64,000 nucleotides of DNA from an uncultured bacterium (lineage in GTDB: Bacteria; Bacillota; Clostridia; Lachnospirales; Lachnospiraceae), in NCBI GenBank assembly GCA_905214875.1, contig CAJMNR010000022.1, forward strand, positions 422-64,421. Direction: 5' to 3'. The position numbers and the translations under genes were made by a program. The notes below the pieces were generated by a model that saw nothing but the letters and a program-made list of their open reading frames with translations, was not told where the DNA came from and searched no databases. Below are positions 1-11,266 of this stretch, piece after piece (within the stretch, counting starts at the first letter, position 1; the number at the start of each line of letters is the position of its first letter).

Positions 1-42
1 TTTAATCTCAATTAGTTTTTCATTTTTTTCACTATTACTCAT
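1..42 (-). CDS. oppF: 5' end of a probable oligopeptide ABC ATPase (OppF), running off the window
   Basis: ATG at 42 with GAAGGAGG RBS, overlapping the oppD stop; reads [14 protein letters not shown]. Identity inferred from operon position only. Confidence 0.55.
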   Translation of the reverse strand, partial: MSNSEKNEKLIEIK

Positions 43-1036
43 TGCTATTTCCTCCTTCTACCATTGCCTTCTGGTTCATCCAGCAATAAGAATAATGAGT
101 GTCTGAAAGAGTTGTTTCAGGTGGTACCTCTTTTAAACAAACCTTCATACAAGCCTCACATCTTGGTGCAAATGCACATCCCTTTGGCGGATTTAACAAG
201 TCAACAGGAACCCCTTCGATTGGAATAAGACGTTCATGTTTCTCAGCATCTAATCTTGGGATACTGCGAAGTAAGCCTTTTGTATATTCATGTTTTGTTT
301 CATAGAAGATTTCATCTGTTGTACCATATTCAACGATTCTACCTGCATACATAACTGCAATCTTATCACACATTCTAGCAACGATACCAAGATCATGTGT
401 AATCATGATGATACCCATGTTAAGCTTATCTTTTAATTCCATCATAAGTTCAAGGATTTGTGCTTGAATTGTAACGTCAAGTGCTGTTGTAGGTTCATCT
501 GCGATTAATAACTTAGGTTCGCATGCAAGTGCTATGGCGATCATAACACGCTGTCTCATACCACCAGATAATTCATGTGGATATTGTTTTAAACGTTTTT
601 CAGGCTCATTGATACCAACAAGCTCAAGTAATTCTTTTGCACGAGCTTTTACTTCATCTTTTGTCTTATCCGTATGAAGCTTGATTACTTCCATAATCTG
701 ATTTCCAATTGTATAAACTGGATTTAAGCTTGTCATAGGATCCTGGAAAATGATTGAGATTTCTTTACCACGAATCTTTCTCATATCCTTTTCCGTCATA
801 TTTTCAATTTCATGACCGTTAAAGTTAAGCGTTCCACCCATTAATTTACCAGGATGAGCAGTAAGTCCCATTAAGGAGTAAGCAGTTACAGATTTACCGG
901 AACCACTTTCACCAACGATACCTAATACTTCTCCTTCCTTAATACGGATAGATACATCGTTTAATGCCTTTACTTCACCTGCTGGTGTAAAGAAAGAAAG
1001 GCGTTCATTTTTTATATCAACTAAATATTCACTCAT
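35..1036 (-). CDS. oppD: Oligopeptide ABC transporter ATP-binding protein
   Basis: Walker [17 protein letters not shown] signature, [10 protein letters not shown]-terminal oligo_HPY Cys motif. Confidence 0.95.
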   Translation of the reverse strand: MSEYLVDIKNERLSFFTPAGEVKALNDVSIRIKEGEVLGIVGESGSGKSVTAYSLMGLTAHPGKLMGGTLNFNGHEIENMTEKDMRKIRGKEISIIFQDPMTSLNPVYTIGNQIMEVIKLHTDKTKDEVKARAKELLELVGINEPEKRLKQYPHELSGGMRQRVMIAIALACEPKLLIADEPTTALDVTIQAQILELMMELKDKLNMGIIMITHDLGIVARMCDKIAVMYAGRIVEYGTTDEIFYETKHEYTKGLLRSIPRLDAEKHERLIPIEGVPVDLLNPPKGCAFAPRCEACMKVCLKEVPPETTLSDTHYSYCWMNQKAMVEGGNSNE

Positions 1037-1053
1037 TTTACTTACGCCCTTTC

Positions 1054-2100
1054 TTAGTTTTTCATTTTTGGATCAAAGGCATCTCTAAGGCCATCACCAA
1101 ATAAGTTGAAACTTAAAATAATTAAACTGATTAAAATTGCTGGTATAAATAATAAGTATGGGTATGTATTCATACCGTTCATCGCTTCACTTGCAAGACT
1201 TCCTAAGGAAGGAAGAGGTACAGCAACACCAAGTCCTAAGAAACTTAAGAAACTTTCTGTAAAGATTGATGATGGAATCTGAAGCGTTGTTGTAACGATT
1301 AATGTACCGATACAGTTTGTTAATAAATGCTTTTTAATGATATGTCCTGTCTTTGCACCAAGTGCTCTTGCTGCTGTAACGTATTCAGATTCTTTTAACA
1401 TAAGGATCTGACTTCTTACGATACGTGCCATACCAACCCAGTATAATAAAGCAAATACTGCGAAAATACTGATTAAGTTAACACCGACCGTTTCAAGCCA
1501 TCCAAACCCTGGAACTGTAGTCAGTTTTTCGAGCGGACTCTTTAATACGATTGATAACAATACGATTAATAAAATATCTGGGATGGAATAGATGATATCA
1601 ACCAGTCGCATCATAAACAGATCGACCCATCCCCCCATAAATGCTGCAAAAGAACCAAATGCTGCACCGATGATTAAGATGATAAGTGTAGCTCCAAGAC
1701 CTACAATTAGGGAAATTCTACATCCCATCATGACACGGATTGCATAATCTCTACCTAACTTATCTGTTCCTAAAATATGAGGGAACACTTTTTCGCCGGC
1801 ATCGATTTTTGCTTGTTCTTCTTTTGAATATTCCATAGGTGCTAAGTTGTTGGCACCTTTAATTTGTGTTTTATATGAATATGGATAGAAGGATGGAACA
1901 ACAAATGCAAAAAGCATAACCAATACAATGATTACTAAGCTTACCATTGCAACTTTGTTCTTTCTTAATCTTCTAAAACCATCTTTCCAAAAGCCTACGC
2001 TTTCTCTCATTATTACGAGAGATTCTTTTTCTTCTTGACTCGCAGGAAGAAAATCTTCTGGTTTTAACTTACTCTGAAAACTTAACGGATTCTGTTGCAT
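1054..2100 (-). CDS. oppC: Oligopeptide ABC permease
   Basis: LGTDKLGRD, EAA-like loop EYVTAARALGA, GDGLRDAFDP. Confidence 0.95.
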   Translation of the reverse strand: MQQNPLSFQSKLKPEDFLPASQEEKESLVIMRESVGFWKDGFRRLRKNKVAMVSLVIIVLVMLFAFVVPSFYPYSYKTQIKGANNLAPMEYSKEEQAKIDAGEKVFPHILGTDKLGRDYAIRVMMGCRISLIVGLGATLIILIIGAAFGSFAAFMGGWVDLFMMRLVDIIYSIPDILLIVLLSIVLKSPLEKLTTVPGFGWLETVGVNLISIFAVFALLYWVGMARIVRSQILMLKESEYVTAARALGAKTGHIIKKHLLTNCIGTLIVTTTLQIPSSIFTESFLSFLGLGVAVPLPSLGSLASEAMNGMNTYPYLLFIPAILISLIILSFNLFGDGLRDAFDPKMKN

Positions 2101-2116
2101 AGTTCTCTTCCTTTCC

Positions 2117-3034
2117 TTAGCTTAATTTGATTCTTGGATCGACAATCTTGTAAATGATATCAACGATAACGTTCATGATAATCAATAATGTTGCTAAGAA
2201 GATTGTTGTTCCCATAATAACAGTGTAATCACGACTTGTAATGGATCCGACAAACTCTCCACCAAGTCCAGGAATTGTGAAGATCTTTTCTACAACAAAA
2301 CTACCTGTTAATGTAAATGTCATCATTGGTCCTACATATGTAACAACTGGTAAGATGGCATTACGTAATGCATGTTTGAATAAACTAATAAAATAAGATA
2401 ATCCTTTTGCTTTTGCTGTTCTCATATAATCTTGTCCTAATACATCAAGCATGGAAGATCTCATAAGACGCATAATATATGCTGTTGGATAAAATGCCAA
2501 TGACATAACTGGCATTACATAGCCTTTCCAATCAGTCAAACCATACGTTGGAAGTATCTGAAAGTTAACACCTAACCAATACATAAGTACCGTACAAACC
2601 ACGAAACTTGGTACTGCGATACCAAATGTTGCAAAGATACTAATAAAATGATCTAAAAACTTACCTCTCTTTACAGCTGCAATACATCCTAATGGTATTC
2701 CTATTAATAAAGAAACAATTACTGCGATTCCACCGATCTTTGCAGATACAGGGAATTTTGTAAAAATAATATCCGAGACAGTTCTACCTCTTTGTTTCAA
2801 GCTATCTCCGAAATCACCATGGAGAATATCACTCATATATGTAGTGTATTGTTGGATTAAAGGTTTATCCAACCCATATTTTTCTTCTAATGATTGTTGT
2901 GCTTGTGGTGATATTGCCTTCTCTGACATGAATGGTCCACCAGGAACTAAATTCATTAAAAAGAAGGTAATTGTTGCAACTGCCCAGATTGTAGCAATTG
3001 CTAATAGCACTCTTTTTATAATGTACTTAAACAT
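2117..3034 (-). CDS. oppB: Oligopeptide ABC permease
   Basis: MFKYIIKR start after RBS; PGGPF, DYMRTAKAKGL, DPRI terminus. Confidence 0.95.
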   Translation of the reverse strand: MFKYIIKRVLLAIATIWAVATITFFLMNLVPGGPFMSEKAISPQAQQSLEEKYGLDKPLIQQYTTYMSDILHGDFGDSLKQRGRTVSDIIFTKFPVSAKIGGIAVIVSLLIGIPLGCIAAVKRGKFLDHFISIFATFGIAVPSFVVCTVLMYWLGVNFQILPTYGLTDWKGYVMPVMSLAFYPTAYIMRLMRSSMLDVLGQDYMRTAKAKGLSYFISLFKHALRNAILPVVTYVGPMMTFTLTGSFVVEKIFTIPGLGGEFVGSITSRDYTVIMGTTIFLATLLIIMNVIVDIIYKIVDPRIKLS

Positions 3035-3138
3035 CCTACGTACTCCTTTCAATTCTTATTCAAAAAAACTCTCTGTCCTTTTTGAATGTAATTTATTTAC
3101 ATTAGTAATAGAAAAGCGCTGCTAAGTAGCAACGCCAT

Positions 3139-3502
3139 TGTCGAATTACTTTTATTATTGTAATGACAATTCATTATAGTGTCAACAAACTCTCATTTAC
3201 ATTTTGCGACTGCATTCGTCAAAAGTCGTCACGCTTTAACTTGTTAACGTGTTAATCGCTTGATTTTCTTCCTAGTTTTGACTATTTTGTCGAACGTTGT
3301 CGAAACTTTTTTTACTTAAATTCCGCCTTTCACAAGCAAATCTATTATTATAATTAACTTTTATTTCCTATATTATATAGAAGAAACACTTTATTTTAGA
3401 AAATTTTTATATGTAATTTTTCTCTTTTTCACGCCAATATCTTTCCCATAACAATACATTTTTTTACTTTTGACAACTCTAAAATATTATAAGTTTGTCG
3501 AA
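3139..3502. promoter_or_regulatory. Cluster of four TGTCGAA Spo0A-box matches upstream of oppB
   Basis: TGTCGAA at 3139, 3288, 3298 and 3496; two are tandem with 10-bp period. Confidence 0.55.
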
Positions 3503-3627
3503 TTATGTAACAAGAAAAAAAGTTTTTCCAATACAAGCTCTTCTTTTTTTGGTATGAATTAGTTCTTTTCTTAATTTATCTTAAGAATCTAGTCTAATTC
3601 ACTCACTTTATTATCGTATCATTTTCG

Positions 3628-3765
3628 CTCGTTGCCCGCGCCGAACCTGGTCTTGGTAGCGACATCTTCCTTTCAGGTGAGTGCGCATCACATGTCCCGC
3701 TTTTTGGGACATTTTTAATTGTTAGGAAAGAGCTCGACAGAGAAATTTCCTAACAATTAAAAAAA
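3628..3765. repeat. Dispersed hairpin repeat, copy 1
   Basis: Near-identical to 25743-25880 and to the 3' part of 33353-33541; abuts the rpmF terminator. Confidence 0.95.
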
Positions 3766-3803
3766 TAAACCCTGCTAGTCTAAAATAGACTAACAGGGTT
3801 TTT
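3766..3803 (-). terminator. Intrinsic terminator of yceD-rpmF
   Basis: aaaccctgctagtcta-aaa-tagactaacagggttt hairpin flanked by A/T tracts. Confidence 0.85.
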
Positions 3804-3807
3804 AAAA

Positions 3808-3987
3808 TTATTCAGCAGAAATAATTTCTTTTTTGTTGTAAGATCCACAAGATTTACATACTCTGTGTGGCATCATTAATTCACCGCATTTGCTGCATTT
3901 TACTAAGTTTGGAGCAGTCATTTTCCAGTTTGCTCTACGGCTATCTCTTCTAGCTTTAGAAGATTTATTCTTTGGACAGATAGACAT
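3808..3987 (-). CDS. rpmF: 50S ribosomal protein L32 (Zn-ribbon type)
   Basis: MSICPKNKSSKARRDSRR...CSKC...PHRVCKSCGSY. Confidence 0.97.
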   Translation of the reverse strand: MSICPKNKSSKARRDSRRANWKMTAPNLVKCSKCGELMMPHRVCKSCGSYNKKEIISAE

Positions 3988-3989
3988 GG

Positions 3990-4529
3990 TCACACCTCCT
4001 TAAAATTGTTAAAGATATCGCGGATTACTGACATTCTAGGATCCAAAACAGTGTCATCACAGCCACAAGTTTCGTGATTCAAATTAGTACCACAAACCTT
4101 GCATAAGCCTTTACATTCTTCCTTACATAAAACATGTAATGGAAAATCAATGACAAGTTCGTCGTAAATCAAAAGATCTACGTCTAGACTATATCCACTA
4201 ATATAATTCGCTTCATCTAATTCTCTGATCCTGTCTTCATCAGTATCGTTGAAATCTAAATTCTTTGATACGTGAATATCAAAAAATGTTTCCACGTCGT
4301 CAAGACATCTGTTACATGGAATATTAAGAGAAACTGTCGTTTCACCTTCCACCATAACTTTACGTTCTCCTTGATGAGTTATCGTCAAACGGACTGGGTT
4401 TTCCTCCTTAAAAGGATACGACACACCATCTAATACAAACGCTTCAAGTTCGAGTGGTGCTTCAATTTGTTCGACTTTGCCTTTTACAGACATAATCTTA
4501 GCTAAATCTATAAGCATTGTGTTCTCCAA
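3990..4529 (-). CDS. yceD: DUF177/YceD family protein
   Basis: CNRC and LCKEECKGLCKVCG motifs, DPR; directly upstream of rpmF. Confidence 0.9.
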   Translation of the reverse strand: MENTMLIDLAKIMSVKGKVEQIEAPLELEAFVLDGVSYPFKEENPVRLTITHQGERKVMVEGETTVSLNIPCNRCLDDVETFFDIHVSKNLDFNDTDEDRIRELDEANYISGYSLDVDLLIYDELVIDFPLHVLCKEECKGLCKVCGTNLNHETCGCDDTVLDPRMSVIRDIFNNFKEV

Positions 4530-4618
4530 TTCTCCCTAATTTTCACACTCTTTTTATTATACTTATAAGGGATAGGTTTGTCAACTTATTTCGTATATAA
4601 AAACTTAAATTATAGAAT

Positions 4619-4650
4619 AATTGAAAGTCCAAACGTATGGACTTTCAATT
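4619..4650 (-). terminator. Terminator after ackA
   Basis: aattgaaagtcca...tggactttcaatt inverted repeat. Confidence 0.8.
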
Positions 4651-4657
4651 AGAAAAA

Positions 4658-5845
4658 TTATACTAATGCAACAGTATCGCGGCAGATTGCTAATTCTTCG
4701 TTAGTTGGAACTAAGCAAACTTTAACTTTACTATCGTCTGTAGAGATCACTCTGTTTTCTCCACGAACATCATTTTTAGCATCATCAATTTCAACACCAA
4801 GGTATCCAAGGTAAGAACAGATTTTCTTACGAGTAACTTTATCATTTTCACCAAGACCTGCTGTGAAAGCGATTGCATCAACACCGTTCATAGCTGCAAC
4901 GTAAGAACCGATGTATTTTGCTACTCTGTAGTTGTAAACTTCTAATGCAGATTTTGCTAATTCGTTTCCGTTAGCAGCTGCTTCTTCAAGATCTCTGAAG
5001 TCACTTGAAAGTCCGCCGGACATACCAAATACACCAGATTCTTTGTTTAATACGTTCATCATTTCAGCTAAAGATTTACCTTCTTTTTTAGCGATGAATT
5101 CGATGATTGCTGGATCCATATCACCACTTCTTGTACCCATGATAAGACCTTCAAGTGGAGTAAGACCCATAGAAGTATCTACGGATTCACCGTTTAATAC
5201 AGCACTTACAGAAGCACCGTTACCTAAGTGGCAAACGATAACTTTAGAGTTCTTTTCATCAAGACCAGCAAGTTTGATAGTTTCTTTAGAAACGAAGCTA
5301 TGGCTTGTTCCGTGGAAACCGTATCTTCTTACTTTGTATTTATCATAGTAAGCGTGTGGTAAACCATACATATAAGCTTTTTCAGGCATTGTTTGGTGGA
5401 AAGCAGTATCAAATACAGCTACCATTGGTACGTTTGGCATAAGTGCTTTACATGCGTTGATACCGATTAAGTTTGCTGGGTTGTGAAGAGGTGCAAGATC
5501 GTTACATTCTTCAATTGCTTTCATAACTTCATCGTTGATTACTACGGAATGAGTGAATTTTTCTCCACCGTGTACAACTCTGTGTCCAACAGCTCCGATT
5601 TCATCTAAAGATTTGATTACGCCATGGTTAGCGTCTGTTAAAGCTTCAAGAACCATTTTGATTGCTTCTTGGTGAGTTGGCATAGCTTCGTTAAGCTCTA
5701 CTTTTTCTCCGTTTGCTTTTTGAGTTAATCTTCCATCGATTCCGATTCTTTCGCAAAGACCTACTGCTAATGCTTGCTCAGTTTCAGAATTGATTAATTG
5801 GTATTTTAATGAGGAACTACCACAGTTAATTACTAATACGTTCAT
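4658..5845 (-). CDS. ackA: Acetate kinase
   Basis: [38 protein letters not shown]. Confidence 0.98.
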   Translation of the reverse strand: MNVLVINCGSSSLKYQLINSETEQALAVGLCERIGIDGRLTQKANGEKVELNEAMPTHQEAIKMVLEALTDANHGVIKSLDEIGAVGHRVVHGGEKFTHSVVINDEVMKAIEECNDLAPLHNPANLIGINACKALMPNVPMVAVFDTAFHQTMPEKAYMYGLPHAYYDKYKVRRYGFHGTSHSFVSKETIKLAGLDEKNSKVIVCHLGNGASVSAVLNGESVDTSMGLTPLEGLIMGTRSGDMDPAIIEFIAKKEGKSLAEMMNVLNKESGVFGMSGGLSSDFRDLEEAAANGNELAKSALEVYNYRVAKYIGSYVAAMNGVDAIAFTAGLGENDKVTRKKICSYLGYLGVEIDDAKNDVRGENRVISTDDSKVKVCLVPTNEELAICRDTVALV

Positions 5846-6008
5846 TCTTGTTCTCCTTTATTATATCCTTATAACATACAAGCAGCTATAGTCTTATACA
5901 AGGCTATAGCGCTTGGGATTATCACTTTAATTATATCTGTAATTTCGGATTAATTCAACACGGAATTCCGATTGTTTACAATTTTATACTTTTTTCTATT
6001 TTTATATC

Positions 6009-7004
6009 TTAGTTAGCGCTTGCTTGAACAGCAGTGATTGCTACTACACCTACGATATCATCTGCAGAACATCCACGAGATAAATCGTTAACTGGTTTAG
6101 CGATACCTTGAGTTACAGGACCGTAAGCTTCTGCTTTTGCTAAACGTTGAACTAATTTGTATCCGATGTTACCAGCATCTAAGTCTGGGAATACTAATAC
6201 GTTTGCTTGTCCAGCGATTTCGCTACCTGGAGCTTTAGAAGCACCAACGCTTGGTACGATAGCTGCATCTAATTGGAATTCACCATCTAATTTAACATCT
6301 GGGTAAGTTTCTTTTGCGATTCTAGTTGCTTCAACAACTTTATCAACGTCAGCGTGTTTAGCGCTTCCTTTTGTAGAGTGAGAAAGCATAGCTACTTTAG
6401 CTTCTTCTCCTACTAATAATTCAAATGATTTTGCACTTGTACCAGCGATAACAGCTAATTCTTCGCTAGTTGGGTTTTGGCATAAACCGGAATCAGCGAA
6501 TACGAACGTTCCGTTAGCACCAAATTCACAGTTAGGTACTTCCATTAAGAAGAATGCAGAAACGATTTTTGTTCCTGGTGCAGTTTTAAGAATTTGTAAT
6601 GATGGACGTAAAACGTCAGCTGTTGCATGGCAAGCACCTGCTACCATACCATCAGCATCTCCTGCTTTAACCATAGTAACACCGAAGAATAAGTAATCTT
6701 CTGTAAGAAGTTTTCTAGCTTGTTCTGGTGTCATTCCTTTTTTCTTTCTTAATTCTACAACGATATCGATGTAGCTGTCTAATTTATCATAATTTTCTGG
6801 ATCAACGATTTTTGCTCCAGAAATGTCATATCCTTCAGCTAATTTATTGATTTCAGCTTCTTTACCAACAATGATAAGGTCAGCGATACCTTCTGCTAAT
6901 ACTTTTGAAGCTGCTTCAATTGTACGCATATCACCTGATTCTGGTAATACGATTGTTTTTTTGTTTTGTTTTGCTCTTGCTTTAATAGTGTCTATAAATC
7001 CCAC
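6009..7004 (-). CDS. pta: Phosphate acetyltransferase
   Basis: IVLPE, DGEFQLDAA, AGNIGYK, DLSRGCS; upstream of ackA. Confidence 0.97.
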   Translation of the reverse strand: MGFIDTIKARAKQNKKTIVLPESGDMRTIEAASKVLAEGIADLIIVGKEAEINKLAEGYDISGAKIVDPENYDKLDSYIDIVVELRKKKGMTPEQARKLLTEDYLFFGVTMVKAGDADGMVAGACHATADVLRPSLQILKTAPGTKIVSAFFLMEVPNCEFGANGTFVFADSGLCQNPTSEELAVIAGTSAKSFELLVGEEAKVAMLSHSTKGSAKHADVDKVVEATRIAKETYPDVKLDGEFQLDAAIVPSVGASKAPGSEIAGQANVLVFPDLDAGNIGYKLVQRLAKAEAYGPVTQGIAKPVNDLSRGCSADDIVGVVAITAVQASAN

Positions 7005-7238
7005 GATTAAGACTCCTTTCGTATATTAATTTCCATAAATGTAATTATAATGCTTTTATAATTAGGAAACAAGGAATAATTTGGCGTATCTGGTACTAAA
7101 TTAAGTACAATATGCACAATTCCTAATTTTACCCACATTAGTCCAAACATTAGCATTTCGTTGTTTGCATTGCTACTATCTAGGTTTAACAAATTAGATT
7201 TTGTTATACCTGTTTTTCAAAATATTATTTTTTCTTTG

Positions 7239-8564
7239 CTATTCTATCCGCAGTGCTTTTGTTGCACGCATAAAGGAGTATCTTATACTAGGGATTCCTG
7301 TAAAGATTATTGCTTGAATCATCCCTGCCATTATTGGCATTAAGATATTTTTAAATGTCAAATGAAGTTCATAATCATCAAAGATATGAGATTGTATGTA
7401 GCCTTCAGTTGCATAAGCAATCACCACACTAACCAACACCGCAAATACAACACTGCACAAAGAAATAATTGTATTTTCAAGTAAAAATTGAAATAAAATA
7501 TCAAGCCAAGAGGCGCCAAATGCTTTCTTAATCCCAATTTCTGTTGCTCGTTCTTTCATTGAAAAAAACAATATGCTCATACAGGACACTCCAGAAATAA
7601 TCAAAAGCGCTAAGGTTCCAATATTAATTCCCCGTTTCAGCGGTGCTAGCTCCTCCGTCAACTTTTGCATTTCCACTTTTTTATCAATGACATCACTAAT
7701 GTTATAATCCTTTTGTACTGCTCCTACTTTTGGTTTTATCTGATTAAATAGCTTTTCTTGTTCCTCTCTCGTTTCTCCCTCCCATAAAAGACTTACATTT
7801 TTGACATCCATAGATTCCTCATTTAAATATTTATAGTAATCATAAGGACAAAACATAGATACAAATGCATATACACTTGGACTGTCGGTGCCAACATTTT
7901 TCTTTGTCTGAATTCTTTGCTTATTCGTATAATAACTATTCTTTATTACCCCAACAATCTTATATGCAACTGGCTCTGATTCCTCTACACCCTCTGCAAC
8001 AGCACCACCATTATATAAATTAAAATAGATATATTTTCCTACTGATGCATTCTGACCAAATAACAGTTGTGATGTATATTCATCTATGACACAAACCTTT
8101 TCATTATTCTTTATTTCACTTGCAGTAAGCAATCTCCCACTAACAACTTCGGTGGATATCATGTTTTCTCCATACTCACTCTCATATATAACTGCACTTT
8201 TTCCCATGGACGACATCCCGTAAACATTCGCCTGTACGATAAACTCCTGCTCTGTACTCGTCGTTGATTCATAAATTACATATGATATATTTGAAGATCT
8301 TTCAATAATGGGTCTCTTTTGATTTAAGAAAAAAAACTTATTAATTATTTTTTGATTATATTCCTGCATGCTAATATATAAAGATTGTTCTGGCATTTCC
8401 CTGATTTCTTTACTTTTTCCGTAATAATAACTATCAAGCAAAAAATTGCCCAAAGAAAAAATAAAAATACCAACACTAATCCCTACAAACAGTAAAATAC
8501 ATCTTAATTTATTACCCACTGTTAATAAGACAATCTGTTTTAAATAGATTAGAACTTTACGCAT
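7239..8564 (-). CDS. MacB/FtsX-type ABC permease
   Basis: N-terminal TM, periplasmic core with SGR..CVID motif, C-terminal KERATEIGIKKAFGA FtsX motif. Confidence 0.85.
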   Translation of the reverse strand: MRKVLIYLKQIVLLTVGNKLRCILLFVGISVGIFIFSLGNFLLDSYYYGKSKEIREMPEQSLYISMQEYNQKIINKFFFLNQKRPIIERSSNISYVIYESTTSTEQEFIVQANVYGMSSMGKSAVIYESEYGENMISTEVVSGRLLTASEIKNNEKVCVIDEYTSQLLFGQNASVGKYIYFNLYNGGAVAEGVEESEPVAYKIVGVIKNSYYTNKQRIQTKKNVGTDSPSVYAFVSMFCPYDYYKYLNEESMDVKNVSLLWEGETREEQEKLFNQIKPKVGAVQKDYNISDVIDKKVEMQKLTEELAPLKRGINIGTLALLIISGVSCMSILFFSMKERATEIGIKKAFGASWLDILFQFLLENTIISLCSVVFAVLVSVVIAYATEGYIQSHIFDDYELHLTFKNILMPIMAGMIQAIIFTGIPSIRYSFMRATKALRIE

Positions 8565-9222
8565 CTACAATCCCTCCGTCTTTAATTATGTACTTCTGAT
8601 CCATATTTTGAAACAAATCGGGATTATGAGTTACAACAACCACTGTCTTCCCTTCAGTTGTCAACTTCTTCAGTTCATTGTAAATAATTATAGAATTTTC
8701 AGGGTCTAAATTTCCAGTAGGCTCATCTGCTAATATAATAGTCGGATCCTTACTAATTGCTCTTACAATAGCCACTCTCTGTTTCTCTCCTCCAGAAAGA
8801 TACTTTGCTTTCACATTAGAAATTTCTTTCAATCGAAATGCATCCATATATTTATCAACCTTATCCAAAAACTCCCGATTTGGCTTAATTGAGTTATACA
8901 TAATTGGCATAACTATATTATCTTTTACAGAAAGGTTTTCCAAAAGATAGTAGGATTGAAATACAAACCCTATTTCCATAGCTCTAATCTTTTCCCGAAT
9001 TCCTAGTGTCTTTTGATGAACTTTCGCTGTTTTAAAATAATAATTTCCTGTGTCAAAGGAATCAAGAAAGCCAAGAATATTTAGCAAAGTACTTTTTCCA
9101 CATCCTGATTTTCCCATAATCGAAATAAATTCGCCTGAACAAATCTTTAAATTTATATCCGTTAACACTTTCTTTCTTCCATAGTTCTTACTAACATGCT
9201 CCAACCTTATCAGTTCCTTCAT
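8557..9222 (-). CDS. LolD/MacB-type ABC ATP-binding protein
   Basis: GKSGCGKST, LSGGEKQR, ADEPTGNLD. Confidence 0.93.
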   Translation of the reverse strand: MKELIRLEHVSKNYGRKKVLTDINLKICSGEFISIMGKSGCGKSTLLNILGFLDSFDTGNYYFKTAKVHQKTLGIREKIRAMEIGFVFQSYYLLENLSVKDNIVMPIMYNSIKPNREFLDKVDKYMDAFRLKEISNVKAKYLSGGEKQRVAIVRAISKDPTIILADEPTGNLDPENSIIIYNELKKLTTEGKTVVVVTHNPDLFQNMDQKYIIKDGGIVDA

Positions 9223-9232
9223 GCTTCTCCCC

Positions 9233-10117
9233 CTATAGATTCTTATCTATAAAATCTGCACTATTCTTTAGTGTTGCAATTTTATCTCCTTCACTTAAAC
9301 CAGAAATAATTTCTGTATAGCTAAATTCATTTCCGTCCTCAACAACAGTATATGTTTTACCTATATCAACTTCGCTTTCAATCACTTCATTTGATTCTTC
9401 ATTAGCAATTTGATAGCAATAATTGACACCACCAACACTTGTTACCATTTCTGATGGTACAAACAATATTTTTGGTGTCTTTCCTAAACTCAATTCAACA
9501 TCAACCTCTCTACCCGGCATAACGTATCCTTCAAAACCAACCTTTATCTTTACTTTATCTTCTTCTAGTTTATAGCCTATTTGTTTTATACTACCATTTC
9601 GTTCTTCTCCATCCACTAAAACTTTCACCTTAGATTTATAGTTCAAAGAACAAAAGTAGTCATAAGGTATATCAATAATTGTATACAATCGTTCCTCATT
9701 GATCACATTTATCTCAATCTTGTCATCTTCGCTAATTATCTCAGCTATCATCCCATTATTGTTCACTGTTATATTGCGATTTCCAACTCTAAATAAGATC
9801 GTTCCCTTTTTTACAAACTGTCCCATATGTACATTACATTTAATCTTCTCGCCATTAACTGTACTACTTTTATAGTTATCCATATATTCATTCTCATCAG
9901 ATACCACTGTTCCTTTTCCGCAATAGCTACTATCCAATGATCCAAAACAAACTTTTGAAACACTGTCTATCTTATTTATCTCTTCTTTATCGTCTGTATT
10001 TACCATGGTTGTATCCGTTTTCTTCTCATCACTAATAACACACCAGTAACATCCTGTCCCTAGCAGAACAATTGCCAGTACTATCAGTACTATTATGACT
10101 ATCTTACGTCTTTTCAC
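9233..10117 (-). CDS. Membrane-fusion (HlyD/MacA-like) adaptor protein
   Basis: N-terminal TM anchor, GQFVKKG lipoyl-like motif, C-terminal EIISGLSEGDKI. Confidence 0.7.
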   Translation of the reverse strand: MKRRKIVIIVLIVLAIVLLGTGCYWCVISDEKKTDTTMVNTDDKEEINKIDSVSKVCFGSLDSSYCGKGTVVSDENEYMDNYKSSTVNGEKIKCNVHMGQFVKKGTILFRVGNRNITVNNNGMIAEIISEDDKIEINVINEERLYTIIDIPYDYFCSLNYKSKVKVLVDGEERNGSIKQIGYKLEEDKVKIKVGFEGYVMPGREVDVELSLGKTPKILFVPSEMVTSVGGVNYCYQIANEESNEVIESEVDIGKTYTVVEDGNEFSYTEIISGLSEGDKIATLKNSADFIDKNL

Positions 10118-10123
10118 ACTATC

Positions 10124-10978
10124 CTACCTCCCGTTCGTTTCTACCAATTGTTTCAAGACATTCTTACAAGATTCCTCATTATCCACTCCCTGTTTGACAA
10201 TAGGAATGATATATTCTTTTTCTACTTGTTTTTTATTGATGTATTTGATAGTATAATCGAATATTGTAAAATTATATTGATTTTTTTCCTCTGCTACAAT
10301 TGATAAATGAAATCTAACCTCATCCGATTTTTTTAAAGAGATTTCCTTTTTATTTTGACTATTTTTTTCATCATTAACCTCTATCCATTCATCTTGAATA
10401 GTATACGGGTCACTCATATACCAATCTATAATCTTTAACTTATCATTTGCAGAAACTTTATACGATAAAACAACTTTACTATCAGATCCAATTATATCAG
10501 CAGTCAGAAGTTCTTGAAAATCATCCTCATTCTTTACCTTTTTAAATCTTAATGGCTCGTTAAATATAAGCTTTTGCTCTTTTCCCTTGATTTTAATTGT
10601 AATGCTATCTACCTCAATAGCATCTATCATTTTGACATCTATTACTACTCCTAATAAACCAAGTCGATAGCTTCCGTTTGTAATCGCATTCCACTCATCT
10701 ACACTATCATCAGAAACGTTTATACTGCACTGCTCAAGTCCTTTTCCTTCATATGTAATCAGTTCAACATTAAAATCCTCTCTATTACAAGAATATGCAA
10801 ACGGTATGTCAAATCCTATTTGCTCTGTTTCATCTGGCAGCTTAGTATCACATTTCACATAGTCTGTCCCCCATATAAAAGGAGATTCTTCTTTCTTTTC
10901 TTCTTTCTCCTTATTACTACAAGACATAGTGGTCAAAACCATCATTATACATATACCCATTAATAGTATTTTTTTCAT
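10124..10978 (-). CDS. Putative lipoprotein, unknown function
   Basis: Signal peptide ending TMSC; GGAGG RBS; first gene of the ABC cassette. Confidence 0.7.
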   Translation of the reverse strand: MKKILLMGICIMMVLTTMSCSNKEKEEKKEESPFIWGTDYVKCDTKLPDETEQIGFDIPFAYSCNREDFNVELITYEGKGLEQCSINVSDDSVDEWNAITNGSYRLGLLGVVIDVKMIDAIEVDSITIKIKGKEQKLIFNEPLRFKKVKNEDDFQELLTADIIGSDSKVVLSYKVSANDKLKIIDWYMSDPYTIQDEWIEVNDEKNSQNKKEISLKKSDEVRFHLSIVAEEKNQYNFTIFDYTIKYINKKQVEKEYIIPIVKQGVDNEESCKNVLKQLVETNGR

Positions 10979-11228
10979 TTTCTCCCTCCATTATTATACT
11001 ATTCTTTGATTACTCTATATTTATCTTGTGTATTTTTTACATCATTTGTAGTATTTCTACATGTGTATTTTACCATTTTTCTCCTTAATACTCAACTACA
11101 TGTACAAAGCAAGTAATTTTGTGTCTTTTTCCTCCATTTCTTTAAACATTTCCAGTATAATTTTCACAATATCATATAGCTATTTATTATGAACATTTTT
11201 ATATGTAAATTTTTCGGGCATAAAAAAA

Positions 11229-11260
11229 ATTGCCCCTGTACTTTAAAAGTACAGGGGCAA
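11229..11260 (-). terminator. rpsO terminator
   Basis: ttgcccctgtacttt...aaagtacaggggcaa hairpin followed by U-tract on minus. Confidence 0.9.
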
Positions 11261-11266
11261 CCAAAA

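Noticed and set aside
3241..3258. Rex operator (ttgttaacgtgttaatcg)
   Set aside because: Right half mismatched, and no redox gene downstream.
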